Source of the DNA: Anolis carolinensis
Taxonomy: Eukaryota
Assembly (NCBI RefSeq): GCF_035594765.1
Contig: NC_085844.1
Coordinates: 194,448,107-194,512,106 of the forward strand
Length of the DNA stretch: 64,000 nt
Direction of reading: 5' to 3'
Position 1 is the stretch's first letter, and each line of letters opens with the position of its first letter. The position numbers and the translations under genes are program-made. This document shows positions 38,401 through 51,200 of this stretch, in pieces. The notes under the pieces were generated by a model. The model was not told the origin of the DNA and ran no database searches. It saw only the letters and a program-made list of their open reading frames with translations.

Positions 38401-41400
38401 ACCACAAAACCTACCAACCCAATGAGTGACCAACACTAATAAAAACACATAAAAACACAGCGCCAAGGACTTTAAAATCTTTCCCCGTCACCCTACAAAC
38501 CCCAGAAAGTGCAAAGAAGACTTTTCAACAGCCCATGGCGCAAGGCCCTCTGGGAGCCATAGTTCGGCCGCAGACATTCCATTGGCAATGGAGTGGTGGG
38601 AGGCTTCCACTGCACGTGCACGAGGAGAAGTCCAGTGGAGGGAGAGAGAGCATGCGCCCGCACCGTTTACGTGTGCGCGTGCGTAGTCACCTCCTTGGAT
38701 TATCCCTCGCAAGAAATCGACCAGGCAATAGGTAACTTTGCTTCTCCCTGCAGCTGGTTAAAGATGGAGCCACTGGATCGGGGCCTCCTCCTCTGGTGGA
38801 GTTTCTCCTCACGGCGCCGCACTGCCCCAAAGGCCTGGTTCTTTCCCTCAGAAAGACCGGGCCTCAAAAGGGGGGCGAGGGGACAGGGGGCGGGGCACAG
38901 GCATCCTGGCTCTGCCTCCTTAGATCTAGAGCCATTGTAATTTGAAGTTCAAGCTCCGTAAACTTTCAAGTGTACAGTCGGCCCACTGATTCTCATCCCT
39001 GGCCAGGTCCCACTTGGGGAGGCGGTCCGGGTTGGGAACCAGAGCTAGGTGGGAGGGATTCTGTGTGTATGTGTGTGTATGCACACATACACACACATAT
39101 CTGTAGACATAACACAAACAAACACACCTTTATATTCACACAAATACTTGTACATCTGAAAGATCCACGGTGGGAGAAAGAACTCTTTTCTAATTGAGCC
39201 CAGGGGGAATCCTTAGCTGGCAAGCTTGAATAGCACTGAATAGCCTTGCAGCATCAAAACCTGACTGCTCCCTACTGAGGGGAATCCTATGTGGACCACC
39301 TTCAATAGCACTGAATAGCCTTGCAGCATCACAACCTGGCTGCCTCCTGCCAAGAGGAATCTTTTGTTGGCCAACTAGAATAGCACAGAGCAATCTTGCA
39401 TCATCAAGGCCTGGCTGCTTCCTACCTAGGGGAATTATTTGTTGCCCAGCTTGAATACCATTGAATAGCCTTGCAGCTTCAAAGCCTGGCTGCTTTGAAG
39501 CTGCAAGGCTATTCACTGCTATTCCACCTGGCCAACAAAGAATTTCCATAAGCCACAGCAACACGTGGCCAGGCACAGCTAGTTAACTATAATTAGAAAA
39601 CAATCACACTTTTAAAAAGAGCTAAAACTCAAAATATGCTATCTTTTCAAAAATACACTGTCATAAAATAGGAAGATAATCTGTTAAAACTAACTCAGTG
39701 CAATGGCTCTTCACTGAAAAAAACCTTAAAAATTCAGACAAAACTAATGTCTTGAAACCTTTTTAAAGAATTCATCTTGTTCTGTGACCTGTAAACTTTC
39801 AATGTGACAAGATATGGTAAATAGTTTAGAAATGTCTTAGATGTTGTTGCAGAATCTAGCCTTGCAAATATTTGGTGATGGCACATTCATAACATGTGAC
39901 ACCTATATTGTATCAACTGTATAAACTGCACTATGTGCTTTCACTATATCCCAAAGGGAGCAGATTTCTAAACACTGGCTGAACATTATCCAAACTTGCC
40001 TTTTACAGCATGGCTCCGTCCTACCACCTTCACACTACCATTTTTCAATAAGGCATTGATCTTCTCCAAGGTTCAAACCAGAACTAGCTATGAACAATTT
40101 TAGAAGTCTGAGACCATGTGGTAGATTTCTGTCCTAAAAACAGTTTTATCTAAAATGTTCTGTAAACTGGTCACCATGGGCCTTTAAATGTTCTAGCTGT
40201 TATTTCTGAAGAGGTATTTAAGTAGCTGAAAGGATTCCTCTGAGTGACATAAAGCAGAAATAATGGAGAACAGAGGAAACATATCCTTACCACTGTCACT
40301 GCCAGAGTAAGATCACAAACAGATCCTTACTTGTGTTCAGCTACATTTATTAGAAGTCTATCTTTAAGATGTAATTTAGTGTACTCTAATCTTCAACTCT
40401 ATTTTATTGCCCTCAGCTCCTCAGAATATCAATCACTTTGTATAGTTGGGCCAAGGATATTTTCAAGTGATTATATCCATGTTCTGGTTCATGTTATCCT
40501 AGGAATAAAGTAAGATGTTGGCAGGACCAGATTAAGCATCTTACCTTGCACCAGGAGCTCCTAGCAGAGCTTTTGTTATCTGTTTCAACCTATCTCCACA
40601 ACCTGCTGAGCCAAACACCCCATTTCCACATGTGCTGTTGCTCACTAATAGAACTGCAGCAATAATAGCTAGCTGATTCACTTCCTTCTGAAGAGCATGC
40701 AAACGATCTTTATCCATCATCATAGTCTGTAAATAAAGAACAGTATAATATTGTGCAGAAATTTCTAAAACTTGAGATTTATATCTTTAATGGATATGAA
40801 CAAATAAGCTAAAACTGTGATAAATTCCTTGCTGCCTAAAACTAGAATGACCACGAAGCAGATTGGATGAGGGTGGAGACATGGATTATTTTATATTATT
40901 TTATATTTTAGATATGCTGCTTAGATCAAGATAAGTTCCTACAATGTGCGCTCTTAGGGATTTTTTTTCTCCCTTTTGTTTCTGGGGCACTGCGAAAAAC
41001 ACCCCTTACCTCAGGATATTGTTCTTTTCCAGGATCCCAATGCAGCAAATCCATGTATGCTTGGTTTAGCACAGCTGTAGGGCTATGGATAAGCAGGACT
41101 TCTCCAGTAACTGCAGGGGAAGTAGGTGCAGGCGCACTGATCTCAGAGGTGGATGAAGAGGATTGTAAATCAGAAGATACTTCAGCTGCTGCCGTCTGCA
41201 GCCACTCAGTTGTAACCACCAGGCCAGCTGGAATGTGATACCAGAGAAAGTTTTGGAACAACTTTTGCCTGCATGCAAGAGTTTTATTTCTTGTTTTTAC
41301 TTTTACCATTATTGCTCCCTCCTGAAGAATCAGGCAACTTTTGATTATGACACTTTTGCAGCAAGGGAATCAAATGAGAAATATGTTTAATTTAGTATCC

Positions 41401-44400
41401 CAGAATTTATTATTTACTTATTTAAAACATTAAAACATTTATATTCTGCCCTTCTCACCCCAAGGGGACTCAGGGCGGAGCACAACATATATACGGCAAA
41501 CATTCAATGCCAGAGCATAAATTAAACCATATACATAAACACTAAAATCAATTATTTTCACATTAAAACCATTATTTAAAACTATTGCAAGACAGCCGCA
41601 CTGTATCCGGTCAGCAGGAGGAAATTTCCTATTGCTGCCGTTATTGCACTGCCCCAAAGGCTTGGTCCCACAGCCAGGTCTTTACCACCTGTCTGAAGGA
41701 AAGGAGGGAGAGGGCTGATCTAGTCTCGCCAGAGAGGGAGTTCCATAACCCAGGGGCAATCACTGAGAAAGCCCTGTCTCTTGTCCCTGCCAATCGCGCC
41801 TGTGACAATGGCAAGACCGAGAGCAGGGCCTCCCCGGAAAATCTTAATCTCCAGGGATTAATGTTTATAAATTTCTAGATATGAATTGGATTGGCTTAGT
41901 GCAAGCTAAAGGACGGTCAGCCCTGGTTACTACATGGATGGGAAACTGTCAATGAAAAACTCATACTATAGGCTATATTTCAGAGATGGAAACTGGCAAA
42001 ACCAGTTTTTAAGTATTCCTTGCCTAAGAATATCCTATGAAATTCATGGGCTCACAGTAAGTCAGTGAACAACTTGAAAGCACACACACACACAATAATA
42101 ATGTTGTAATGTTTCTCTTTTTCACCACTTTAAGTTTTGGAGAGACATACTGTTAGCATTATATCTACCTTATTTTCCAGCAACAATTAAAATAGAGTCT
42201 CAGTTATCCGACATAAACTGGCAGGCAGAATGTCAGATAAGTCAAACTGTTGGATAATAAGGAGGAATAAACCTCCCCTCGCTCACCCTCCTTCCATCGC
42301 TCACTCGCCGGGCCGAGTCCTAGTTCTGCAGTTGTTGCCATCACCGCCTTTGCTGCTAAGACCTGGCCCGGAGATGAGCTAAGCGAGTGAGGGGCAGTGG
42401 TAAAGGCGACAGTGGCAGCAGAAGCAGGAGCCTCTTAGCGAGGAGGAGGGAGGGTTAAAAAGAAGGCAAGTGAGTGAGTGAGTGAGAGAGGGCAGGCTGC
42501 AAAGGTGACAGTGGCGGCCGAAAGAGGAGTCTGAAAGAGGTGACCAAGCTCCTGCTTCTAATGCCAACTGTCGCCTTTGCAACCTGCCCTCCCTCCCTCA
42601 CCAGCCAGGTCTTAGCATGGAGGAGAGAGAGGGGGAAAGGGTGCAGGTGAATGAGTGAGTGAGAGAGGGAGGGCAGGCTGCAAAGGTGACAGCGGTGGCA
42701 AAAAGAGGAGACTGAAAGAGGTGGCCAGGCTCCTGCTTCTACCTCCACTGTCGCCTTCGAGCCTGCCTCCTTTCTTCTCTCACTCAACCGCTCTCTTTCC
42801 CTCTCCCTCCTCCTCACTAAGACCCATTGGATAATGTGAAGTGTCGGATGACCAAAGTCGGATAACCAAGACTCTACTGTAGGATAAAATAAATTTGTGA
42901 ATCTATTTCTGAATGCAATTTGAAATTCTTTGCCTTTACCATTCTTAGTGAAAAAATTTTCCAAAGTGATGAGTCCCCTCGGGGGTGAGAAAAGCAGTAT
43001 ATAAGTGCAACAAATAAATGGAAATATAAATATATAACCATATAAGATCAATCTAGAGAACCCTATATTCAATTATTTTGTTAGAGACATATGTGGTAAC
43101 AGAAAATGTAGCAAAAGATAGGACACCTAAAAGCAAGCAGTTCTTGTTACAAACTTAATATTAACTTTCAATATTTTCTCTTTGTGTATGCTTTTGAAAA
43201 GTACTCCAAATGGCTTCTGTGTGGCATGTGTTAATTCTCTTAACAAAAGAGGTAAGGCAAACTTGGTCATGATACTGTGGAAAATGGAAGGAAAAAGGAA
43301 GCGGGGCCGACCAAGGGCAAAATGGATGGATGGACTAGCTTGACCTTGAAGGAGCTGGGGGTGGCGATGGCTGACAGGAAGCTCTTGAGTGGACTGGTCC
43401 ATGAAGTCACGAGTCGGAAGTGACTGAACGGGTAAACAACAACAAACTTGATTCATTAACAGCTTTGGCTCCTACCTGGTAATTTATTCAAGAGCTCTTG
43501 AAATTTTTTCCTCTCATACTGGACAGAGTGCTCTTGGAGATGGGGCCGAAGAGTTTGTATGGTAAAATTTACCATATCCATTCTCATCAAATCCAAAACT
43601 CGGAAGATCTCCCTACCATGGGATGTGGAAACACAGTGCATTTAAATCACCATTTCCAGCAACAAGGATTTCTTAGAATATGAAATTAGCGTATTTAAAA
43701 TTGTTTGGTGTAATTCCCCATTCCCCAAATTTAATAAAATTTAATATGCCGTCCAATATATCAAGCCTAACCTTGGGACAACCCAATCCAACCCACTTTG
43801 CTAATATTCATCTCATAGAGAATACAGCTTAAAGGAATATGCTACAGTACCTAAGACAAAGAGAAAGTGTCCTGTCAAATCCATAAAGCTCCTCACAAGG
43901 CCGACTACAATTTTCCTAAATGAATCACAGCCAAATGACACAGAAACATGTACAAATCCCCCCAAATATTCAATTAACAAATCTGGAAGGGTGCAAAATG
44001 AACATTGCATTTTAACACTTCACTTCCCCTCCAAGACTTCTAAAGTCATGAAATCCAAACCACACGTGATTTTCTGTCATTTCCAAGTCAGATTATTTGG
44101 CCAATTTCAAAGTGCTGAGGAATCTGCTATACCTGTGCAAGGAGAAAATGGTTCCTGAGCCAGCTATAGTTGCCTGTCCAAACTACATATACCAAAGAAA
44201 TACTAAATCAGATCTATATTCTGATTCTCTAATAACGTTTATTTACTAATGAAAGAGACATAGTTATTATTATGGGCAACTATGGGTTAAAAGATTGTAT
44301 TAACACATTTTAACACATTTTTCTTACTAGATAATATCCAACAGCATATGGGACTGTGAGATATTATCTTCATAGATAACAGTGGTGGGCATAGTAGTAG

Positions 44401-44567
44401 TAATAACTTTATTTTTGTACCCCGCCTCTATCTCCCCGCAGGGACTCGGGGCGGCTAACATGGGGCCAAGTCCGAATTTCCACAATAAACAAGATAAAAT
44501 ACATGAAGCTGCCATCCTGCAGCTAGATGACGCTACCAATATAGTCATCTTCATAATGACTTCATAA

Positions 44568-44604
<37 letters not shown>

Positions 44605-47600
44605 CTTCATAATTTTATGCCTGCATGATGGCACAACTACGCCACTATACTGCTCTAAAGCTGGAATTCTTGTTGACACTTCCATATCAAGTAAGCATTT
44701 TTAAAAATTTGGGAGGAATTTTTTTAAAAACTCCTTCTTTATTAGGAGAGGGAGTGTGGGAGAGCTGAGTAATCCCACCTCCTGATGTCACTCCTATGCT
44801 TGCGTGCTAGTGCTGAAGTGCCTGGAACCATTGACATTCAACATTACACAAATTAAAACACCATTTTAAACAATAATATAATGGCAAATAGAACTGCCAA
44901 ATAAAAACAATACCATGGTTAAAATAGCAAAAGTCTGGGCAGTGGCGCGAGGAGTGCATGATTAAAACCTGATGAGATAGATAGAAGTGCTGTAGTATAA
45001 GAGGGGAATTCTGGGTAGGATAAATGAGGAAAGTAATTACCAAATAAGAGCAAGAAGACAGTATGTCAAGCCCGGTAATAGTCAATACTGAGGAGGTTAT
45101 TCTTGTGATCAGTTGTTGTAAGCACATTGGAGGAGCCAGGTTTTGAAGTCTTTCTTAAAGGCTGCCAGGGTGGGTGTTCCAGACTCGAGGGGCCAACACG
45201 GAGAAGACCCTCTCCCTCGTCCCCACAAGCTGCGCTTGCGATGGGGGTGGGAGTGAGAGAAGGGCCTCCTTGATATTCTGCCTTGATATTCTGGGTTATA
45301 TGGCTGTGTGGGAGGACCCTGGGTTGTCTAAATCTACATTGCCATATACAGTAGAGTCTCACTTATCCAACATTCTGGATTATCCAATGCATTTTTGTAG
45401 TCAATGTTTTCAATACATCGTGATATTTTGATGCTAAATTCATAAATACAGTAATTGCTACATAGCATTACTGCGTATTGAACTACTTTTTCTGTCAAAT
45501 TTGTTGTATAACATGATGTTTTCATTTTAATTTGTAAAATCATAACCTAATTTAATGTTTAATAGGCTTTTCCTTAATCTCTCCTTATTATCCAACATAT
45601 TCGCTTATCCAATGTTCTGCCGGCCCGTTTACGTTGGATAAGCGAGACTCTACTGTATTACAATTCAAGGCAGATAATGTCTGTTATTCTGCTTTAATAT
45701 TCTGGGTTATATATATGGGTTATCTGAGTCCACACTGACATATGTAGGCAGGAAATTCCACAATATCTGCTTTGAACTGGGTTATGTGAGTCCACACTGC
45801 CATATATTCCAGTTCAAAGAAGATAATGTCGGATTTCTTGCCTTGATATTCTGGGTTATATGGCTGTGTGGAAGGCCCTCAAGGCCCTTTCTACACTGCC
45901 ATATAATCCAGATTATCAATTCAGATGACCCACATATTTATTTATTTATTTAATAAATTTATATCCCTCCCTTCTCACCCCAAAGGGGATTCAGAGCGGT
46001 TTACAAATTAAATTTACATACAATATGATATTATTAGCATAGCACAATACAGGTAATAAATTACCATATTGTACTATATCTATATATTGTAATATTATTA
46101 ATAACATTACATGTAATATATAATATATAATTAATATTATTATATTGTATTACTAGTATTATATTGTATTATAAAATAATATTATTAATATTATATGCAT
46201 ATACGATATATTATAATATTATATATTATTGTAAATTATATTGTATATATGTATATATGTGTATATGTATGTGTGTATACAGACATAAAAATATATATAC
46301 ACACATCTACATATCTATACATATATAAAAGGGTAATGAAATTTCGGCCTAGGACAAAACAACAAAACTACACATCCAAGAAACACTAAATTTGGCAGCA
46401 CAACCCCTCATCCATGCCTCTACGTTCATACAACAAAAAGAAAAGAAAAATAAAGTCCTAATTAGAGGGAGAGGAACAATTGTTTTTATCCAATTGCTGA
46501 CAGTTAGAAGGCTAAGCTCCACCCACTTGTTCTTCTAGCAACCCACTCAGCCCAGGGGACAGGCAGAGTTAGGCCTCACTTAGGCCTCTTCCACACTGCC
46601 TATAAAATACAGATTATCAGATTTGAACTGGATTATATGGCAGTGTAGACTCAAGGCCCTTCCACACAGCTATATTACCCATTTATAATCTTATATTATC
46701 TGCTTTGAACTGGATTATCTTGACTCCACACTGCCATATAATCCACTTCAGTGTGCATTTTATACAGCTGTGTAGATGGGGCCTCATATAATCCAGTTCT
46801 AAGCAGATAATATAAGATTATAAATATACAGTACAGTCTCACTTATCCAACATAAACAGGCCAGCAGAACGTTGGATAAGTGAATGTGTTAGATAATAAG
46901 AAGGGATTCAGAAAAAGCCGATTAAACATCAAATTAGGTAATCATTATACAAACTAAGCACCAAAACATCATGTTATACAACAAATTTGACAGAAAAAGT
47001 AGTTCAATACGCAGTAATGCTATGTAGTAATTACTGTATTTACAAATTTACCACCAAAATATCACAATGAATTTAAAACACTGACTACAAAAAGACTGAC
47101 TACTAAAAGGCAGATTGCGTTGGATAATCCAGGACACTGGATAAGCAAATGTTGGATAAGTGAGATTCTACTATAATAAGAAATAATTACTGTGGTAGAA
47201 TAATGCAGAACAATATAATTTCTAAAAGCCGGACAGTAAATAAAGAGCAACACTCTGAAAGCAGGGAAATTGGGAATTCCACAAAGGAAACAATCAGGGC
47301 CAGCTAACACCTCCCAAAAAAGGATTCTTCCAGAAAGGAAGCTGAGAAGGAAGTGAAGCAGTGTGTATTACCAAAGTCATTATTATTACTATTATTATTA
47401 TTGACACAACGATGTTGTATGACACAGCAAACAAGATAGACATGCTGGATTTCGTTTCACAAAACCACAAGTCAAACACTTCCCAAGTGTCTAGGACTGT
47501 GTGATGTATTTTCGGATGATGCGTGCAGATCCCAGCAGGGTGGCCTTTTGCAGTTGGCAGATCGTAATTTTGTCAATGTCTATTGTTTCCAAATGCTGGC

Positions 47601-48224
47601 ACGGCACCCAATGTGCCCATCACCACCGGGACCACCTGTACTGGTTTCTGCCAGAGTCTTTGAAGTTCAATCTTGAGGTCCTGATAGCGGCTGAGTTTTT
47701 CCTGTTGTTTTTCATCAATGCGACTGTCACCTGGGATGGCGACATCAATTATCCAAACCTTTTTCTTTTCCACAACTGTGATGTCTGGTGTGTTGTGTTC
47801 CAGAACTTTGTCAGTCTGGATTCGGAAGTCCCACAGTATCTTTGCGTGTTCATTTTCCACGACCTTTGCTGGTTTGTGATCCCACCAGTTCTTTGCTGCT
47901 GGCAGGTGGTACTTGATGCATAAGTTCCAATGGATCATTTGGGCCACACAGTTGTGCCTCTGTTTGTAGTCTGTCTGTGCAATTTTCTTACAGCAGCTGA
48001 GGAGATGATCAATGGTTTCGTCAGCTTCCTTGCACAGTCTGCATTTTGGGTCATCAGCTGATTTTTCAATCTTGGCCTTAATTGCATTTGTTCTGATGGC
48101 TTGCTCCTGGGCTGCAAGGATCAGGCCTTCTGTCTCCTTCTTCAGGGTCCCATTCGTGAGCCAGAGCCAGGTCTTCTCCTTGTCAGCTTTTCCTTCAATT
48201 TTGTCAAGGAATTACTATTATTAC

Positions 48225-48267
<43 letters not shown>

Positions 48268-51200
48268 GTGCTGCTGTGAACCGTGAAAATTAATACAATC
48301 TGGGTCCAAGTATTCAAAAACACCAAAATCAGAATATATAAAAATTACTGTGGTATAATAAAACAAAACAATACAATCTCTAAAATCAAAACACAAAATA
48401 AAGAACAACACTCTGAAAACAGGGGAATTCCACACAAGAAACAATCAGGGCCAGCTAACACATCCCAACAAAGTATTCCCATCACCAAAGTCTGGTAAAT
48501 CCTCTGTTTTCTGAGGGCCACAGACAGTAGAAGCACATAAAATATCGCAAAGAACACCACTCTGAAAACAAGGGAATTCCAGGAACCAGGAAACAATCAG
48601 GGTCAGCTAACACCTCCCAACAAAAAATTCACTCAGGGAGGAAACAGCTAGGCTTTAAAGCTGCAAGGCCATTACATGCTAATCATTTTCCTAATTGTAG
48701 CATTCATACTTGCCTCCAACAGACCAAAAAAAAAATCAGAAATATTGTATATTCACAAGCTTTAGAAAATAATATCCCCTGATGGCGCAGCGTATTAAAG
48801 CGCTGAGCTGCTGAACTTCTAGACTGAAAGGTTGCAGGTTTGAATTGGGGGAGCAGAGAGAGCCCCCACTGTTAGCCCCACCTTCTGCCAACCCTAAAGT
48901 TCAAAAACATGCAAATGAGAGTAGATCAATAGGTACTGCTCCGGCAGGAAGGTAACGGCGCTCCATGCAGTCATGCCACATGACCTTGGAGGAGTCTACA
49001 GACAACGCCAGCTATTCGGTTTAGAAATGGAGATGAGCACCAACCCCCAGAGTCAGACACGACTGGACTTAACGTTTACCCTTTACCTTAACTACCACCA
49101 ATTCCTCAATACTTTATTTCCCATATCACCATACTTCACCACAGCAACGCGTGGCCAGGCACAGCTAGTATACATATAATTAGCAAAGCATATCTGCTTT
49201 GAACTGGATTATCTGCGGGCCCTTTCACAGAGTCACATAACCCAGAATGTCAAGGTAGAAAATCCCACAATATCTGCTTCGAACTGGGTTATTTGAGTCC
49301 ATACTGCCATATATTCCAGTTCAAAGCAAATAATGTGGGATTTTATTCAGCTGTGTGGCGGGGGTGGGGGTGGGTGGGTGGGTCTACACTGCCATATAAT
49401 CCGGTTCAAGGTATTATATGGCTATGGAATCCAGGGAGCTGTAGTTTCCCAAGGCCTTTAGCCTTCTCTGCCAAGGAAGGGTGCTGGTGCCTCACCAAAC
49501 AGGTGTGTGCCTCGAATAGACAAATACATGTACAGGAAGGAGAGAGGCCCTGCTTCCCAAAAAAGGCTCAACTTTCAGCCTGCCCACCCGCCTCCCTCCC
49601 TGCTTCCCATTCGCTTTCACCTCTCATTCTCGTTGCAACCTGGGCGTTTCTGCGGCCCGCACGGCTTAGCCCCGCCCACCACATCGCACGGCTCCGCCCA
49701 CCATGTCGCGTGACGTGGTGGGCGGGGCCAAGCCGTGCGGGTTGCATGGCGGCCAAGGAAAGGCCCAGGTCGCAGCGAGAAGGACCAGACTGCGGCGGGA
49801 AGGATCTTCCCGCCACGGCCTGGCACTTCTCGCTGAGACCTGGGCCTTGCTGCGGCTGCCATGCGGCCTGCACGACTTGGCCCCGCCCACGCCCCGCGGC
49901 ATGGTGGGCAGAGCTGTGTGGCGTTGTTCTTCCCGCCGCAACCTGGGCCTTTCTGCGGCCCGCACGGCTTAGCCCCGCCCACCACATCGCGCGGCTCCAC
50001 CCACCACGTCGCGTGACGTGGTGGGCGGGGCCAAGCCGTGTGGGTTGCATGGCGGCCAAGGAAAGGCCCAGGTCGCAGCGAGAAGGACCAGACTGCAGCG
50101 GGAAGGATCTTCCCGCCACGGCCTGGCACTTCTCACTGAGACCTGGGCCTTGCTGCGGCTGCCATGCGGCCTGCACGGCTTGGCCCCGCCCACGCCCCGC
50201 GGCATGGTGGGCAGAGCTGTGTGGCATTGTTCTTCCCGCCGCAGCCTGGGCCTTGCTGCCATGGGGCCTGCGAGGCACCGGGAAGGACCAGGCCACGGCA
50301 GGAATGACCAGCCCCAAGCCGAAGGAGGCGGGGGGTGGCGCCATCATCCCGGGGGGCTCGAGGGCGCCCCAGGACGATGGTGCCACAGGCAAATGCCTCC
50401 CTCGCCTGGCGGGTGGACCGCCTCTGGCGGCAGCACCGGGCGCTAAATTTACACGGGGGCGCTGCTCTCTCATTCTTGCTAGTGTTGATTTTGTGGCCCT
50501 TTTGAAATGTAATGCTAAAACCATACTAATACTATATGCACTAGCAGAAATGAGCTTCCGCTCTTCCAACATCCCCCTTCCTTCTGCGATAAAGTCAAGA
50601 AGAAACCATAGATTTTCACTTCCTTTACCCAGCAAGATCAAGTAATATGAATTGTACATAACTAGGATAACAAGATGGTTAATCTTGCATTGGAATAGTT
50701 TTAGCAAAGATTGTACTGCTTCTATAGAATTACCTTTGTCCAAGCCAATGGTGCCCACCTGAGCAGATGAACTGGATCTGTCATGACTCGCAGTCTCTGT
50801 ATTTCTTCATCTCGGACAGGGGCACAGAGCATAGCCATTGTACCTAGGATATATGTGGTGAGGTTAGCAATGTCCAAAGCTCCATGCTCAGCCTCTTGTT
50901 TTATCAACTCCATATCGAGAGCGTCTTCAATTTGACTTTTCAAACGGGTCTGCCGGGGCAGAAGCAAGGTCAGCAGGATCTACACAACAAGAAAGTGTAT
51001 TTGTTTGTACATACAAACCTTCAAATTAATTTTTAATCTTTGATTTTCAAAACATGCACAATTGTTTCAGATATCACAGAAGTTATGGGGGATGAATTTC
51101 ATTTCACTCTTTACCAGTCTAGTCTGATTTTACACGACTAAACAGAGAAAATAACTCTCTGGGGCCAACCATATTTATACTCTTATTCCAGACATTGTTT

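Larger units (their letters stand above)
46314..49168 (+). mobile_element. Composite non-autonomous Helitron containing MITE, Tc1/mariner-like, R4/Dong and Sauria SINE sequences
   Basis: A^TCTATACATATATAAAAG 5' end; shares caacaaaaagaaaagaaaaataaagtcctaattagag...ctagcaaccc with the 37583 Helitron; 3' ccacagcaacgcgtggccaggcacagCTAG^T. Confidence 0.82.

Noticed and set aside
39190-39576. 128-aa repeat protein on -
   Set aside because: A by-product of the 75-bp minisatellite within a Helitron
40291-40499. Extra TCP11 exon (ttcctag acceptor at 40500, gtaagg donors near 40330 and 40290 on -)
   Set aside because: It would need a 45-nt intron and has stops in all three frames; the true next exon is 36757-36920
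41905-41950. 5S rRNA gene
   Set aside because: Only a short degenerate internal fragment attached to a SINE body
48012-48444. Poly-Y, poly-L and poly-N ORFs
   Set aside because: Translations of the (TAT)n microsatellite
48776-48850. tRNA gene (also 61249-61325)
   Set aside because: These are tRNA-derived SINE heads followed by SINE body and tail; no cloverleaf
49293-50645. 450-aa (+) and 396-aa (-) ORFs as protein-coding genes
   Set aside because: They run through MITE sequence and a GC-rich 303-bp (101-codon) duplication, several frames are open at once, and no domain is recognisable. Stop-codon scarcity explains them.
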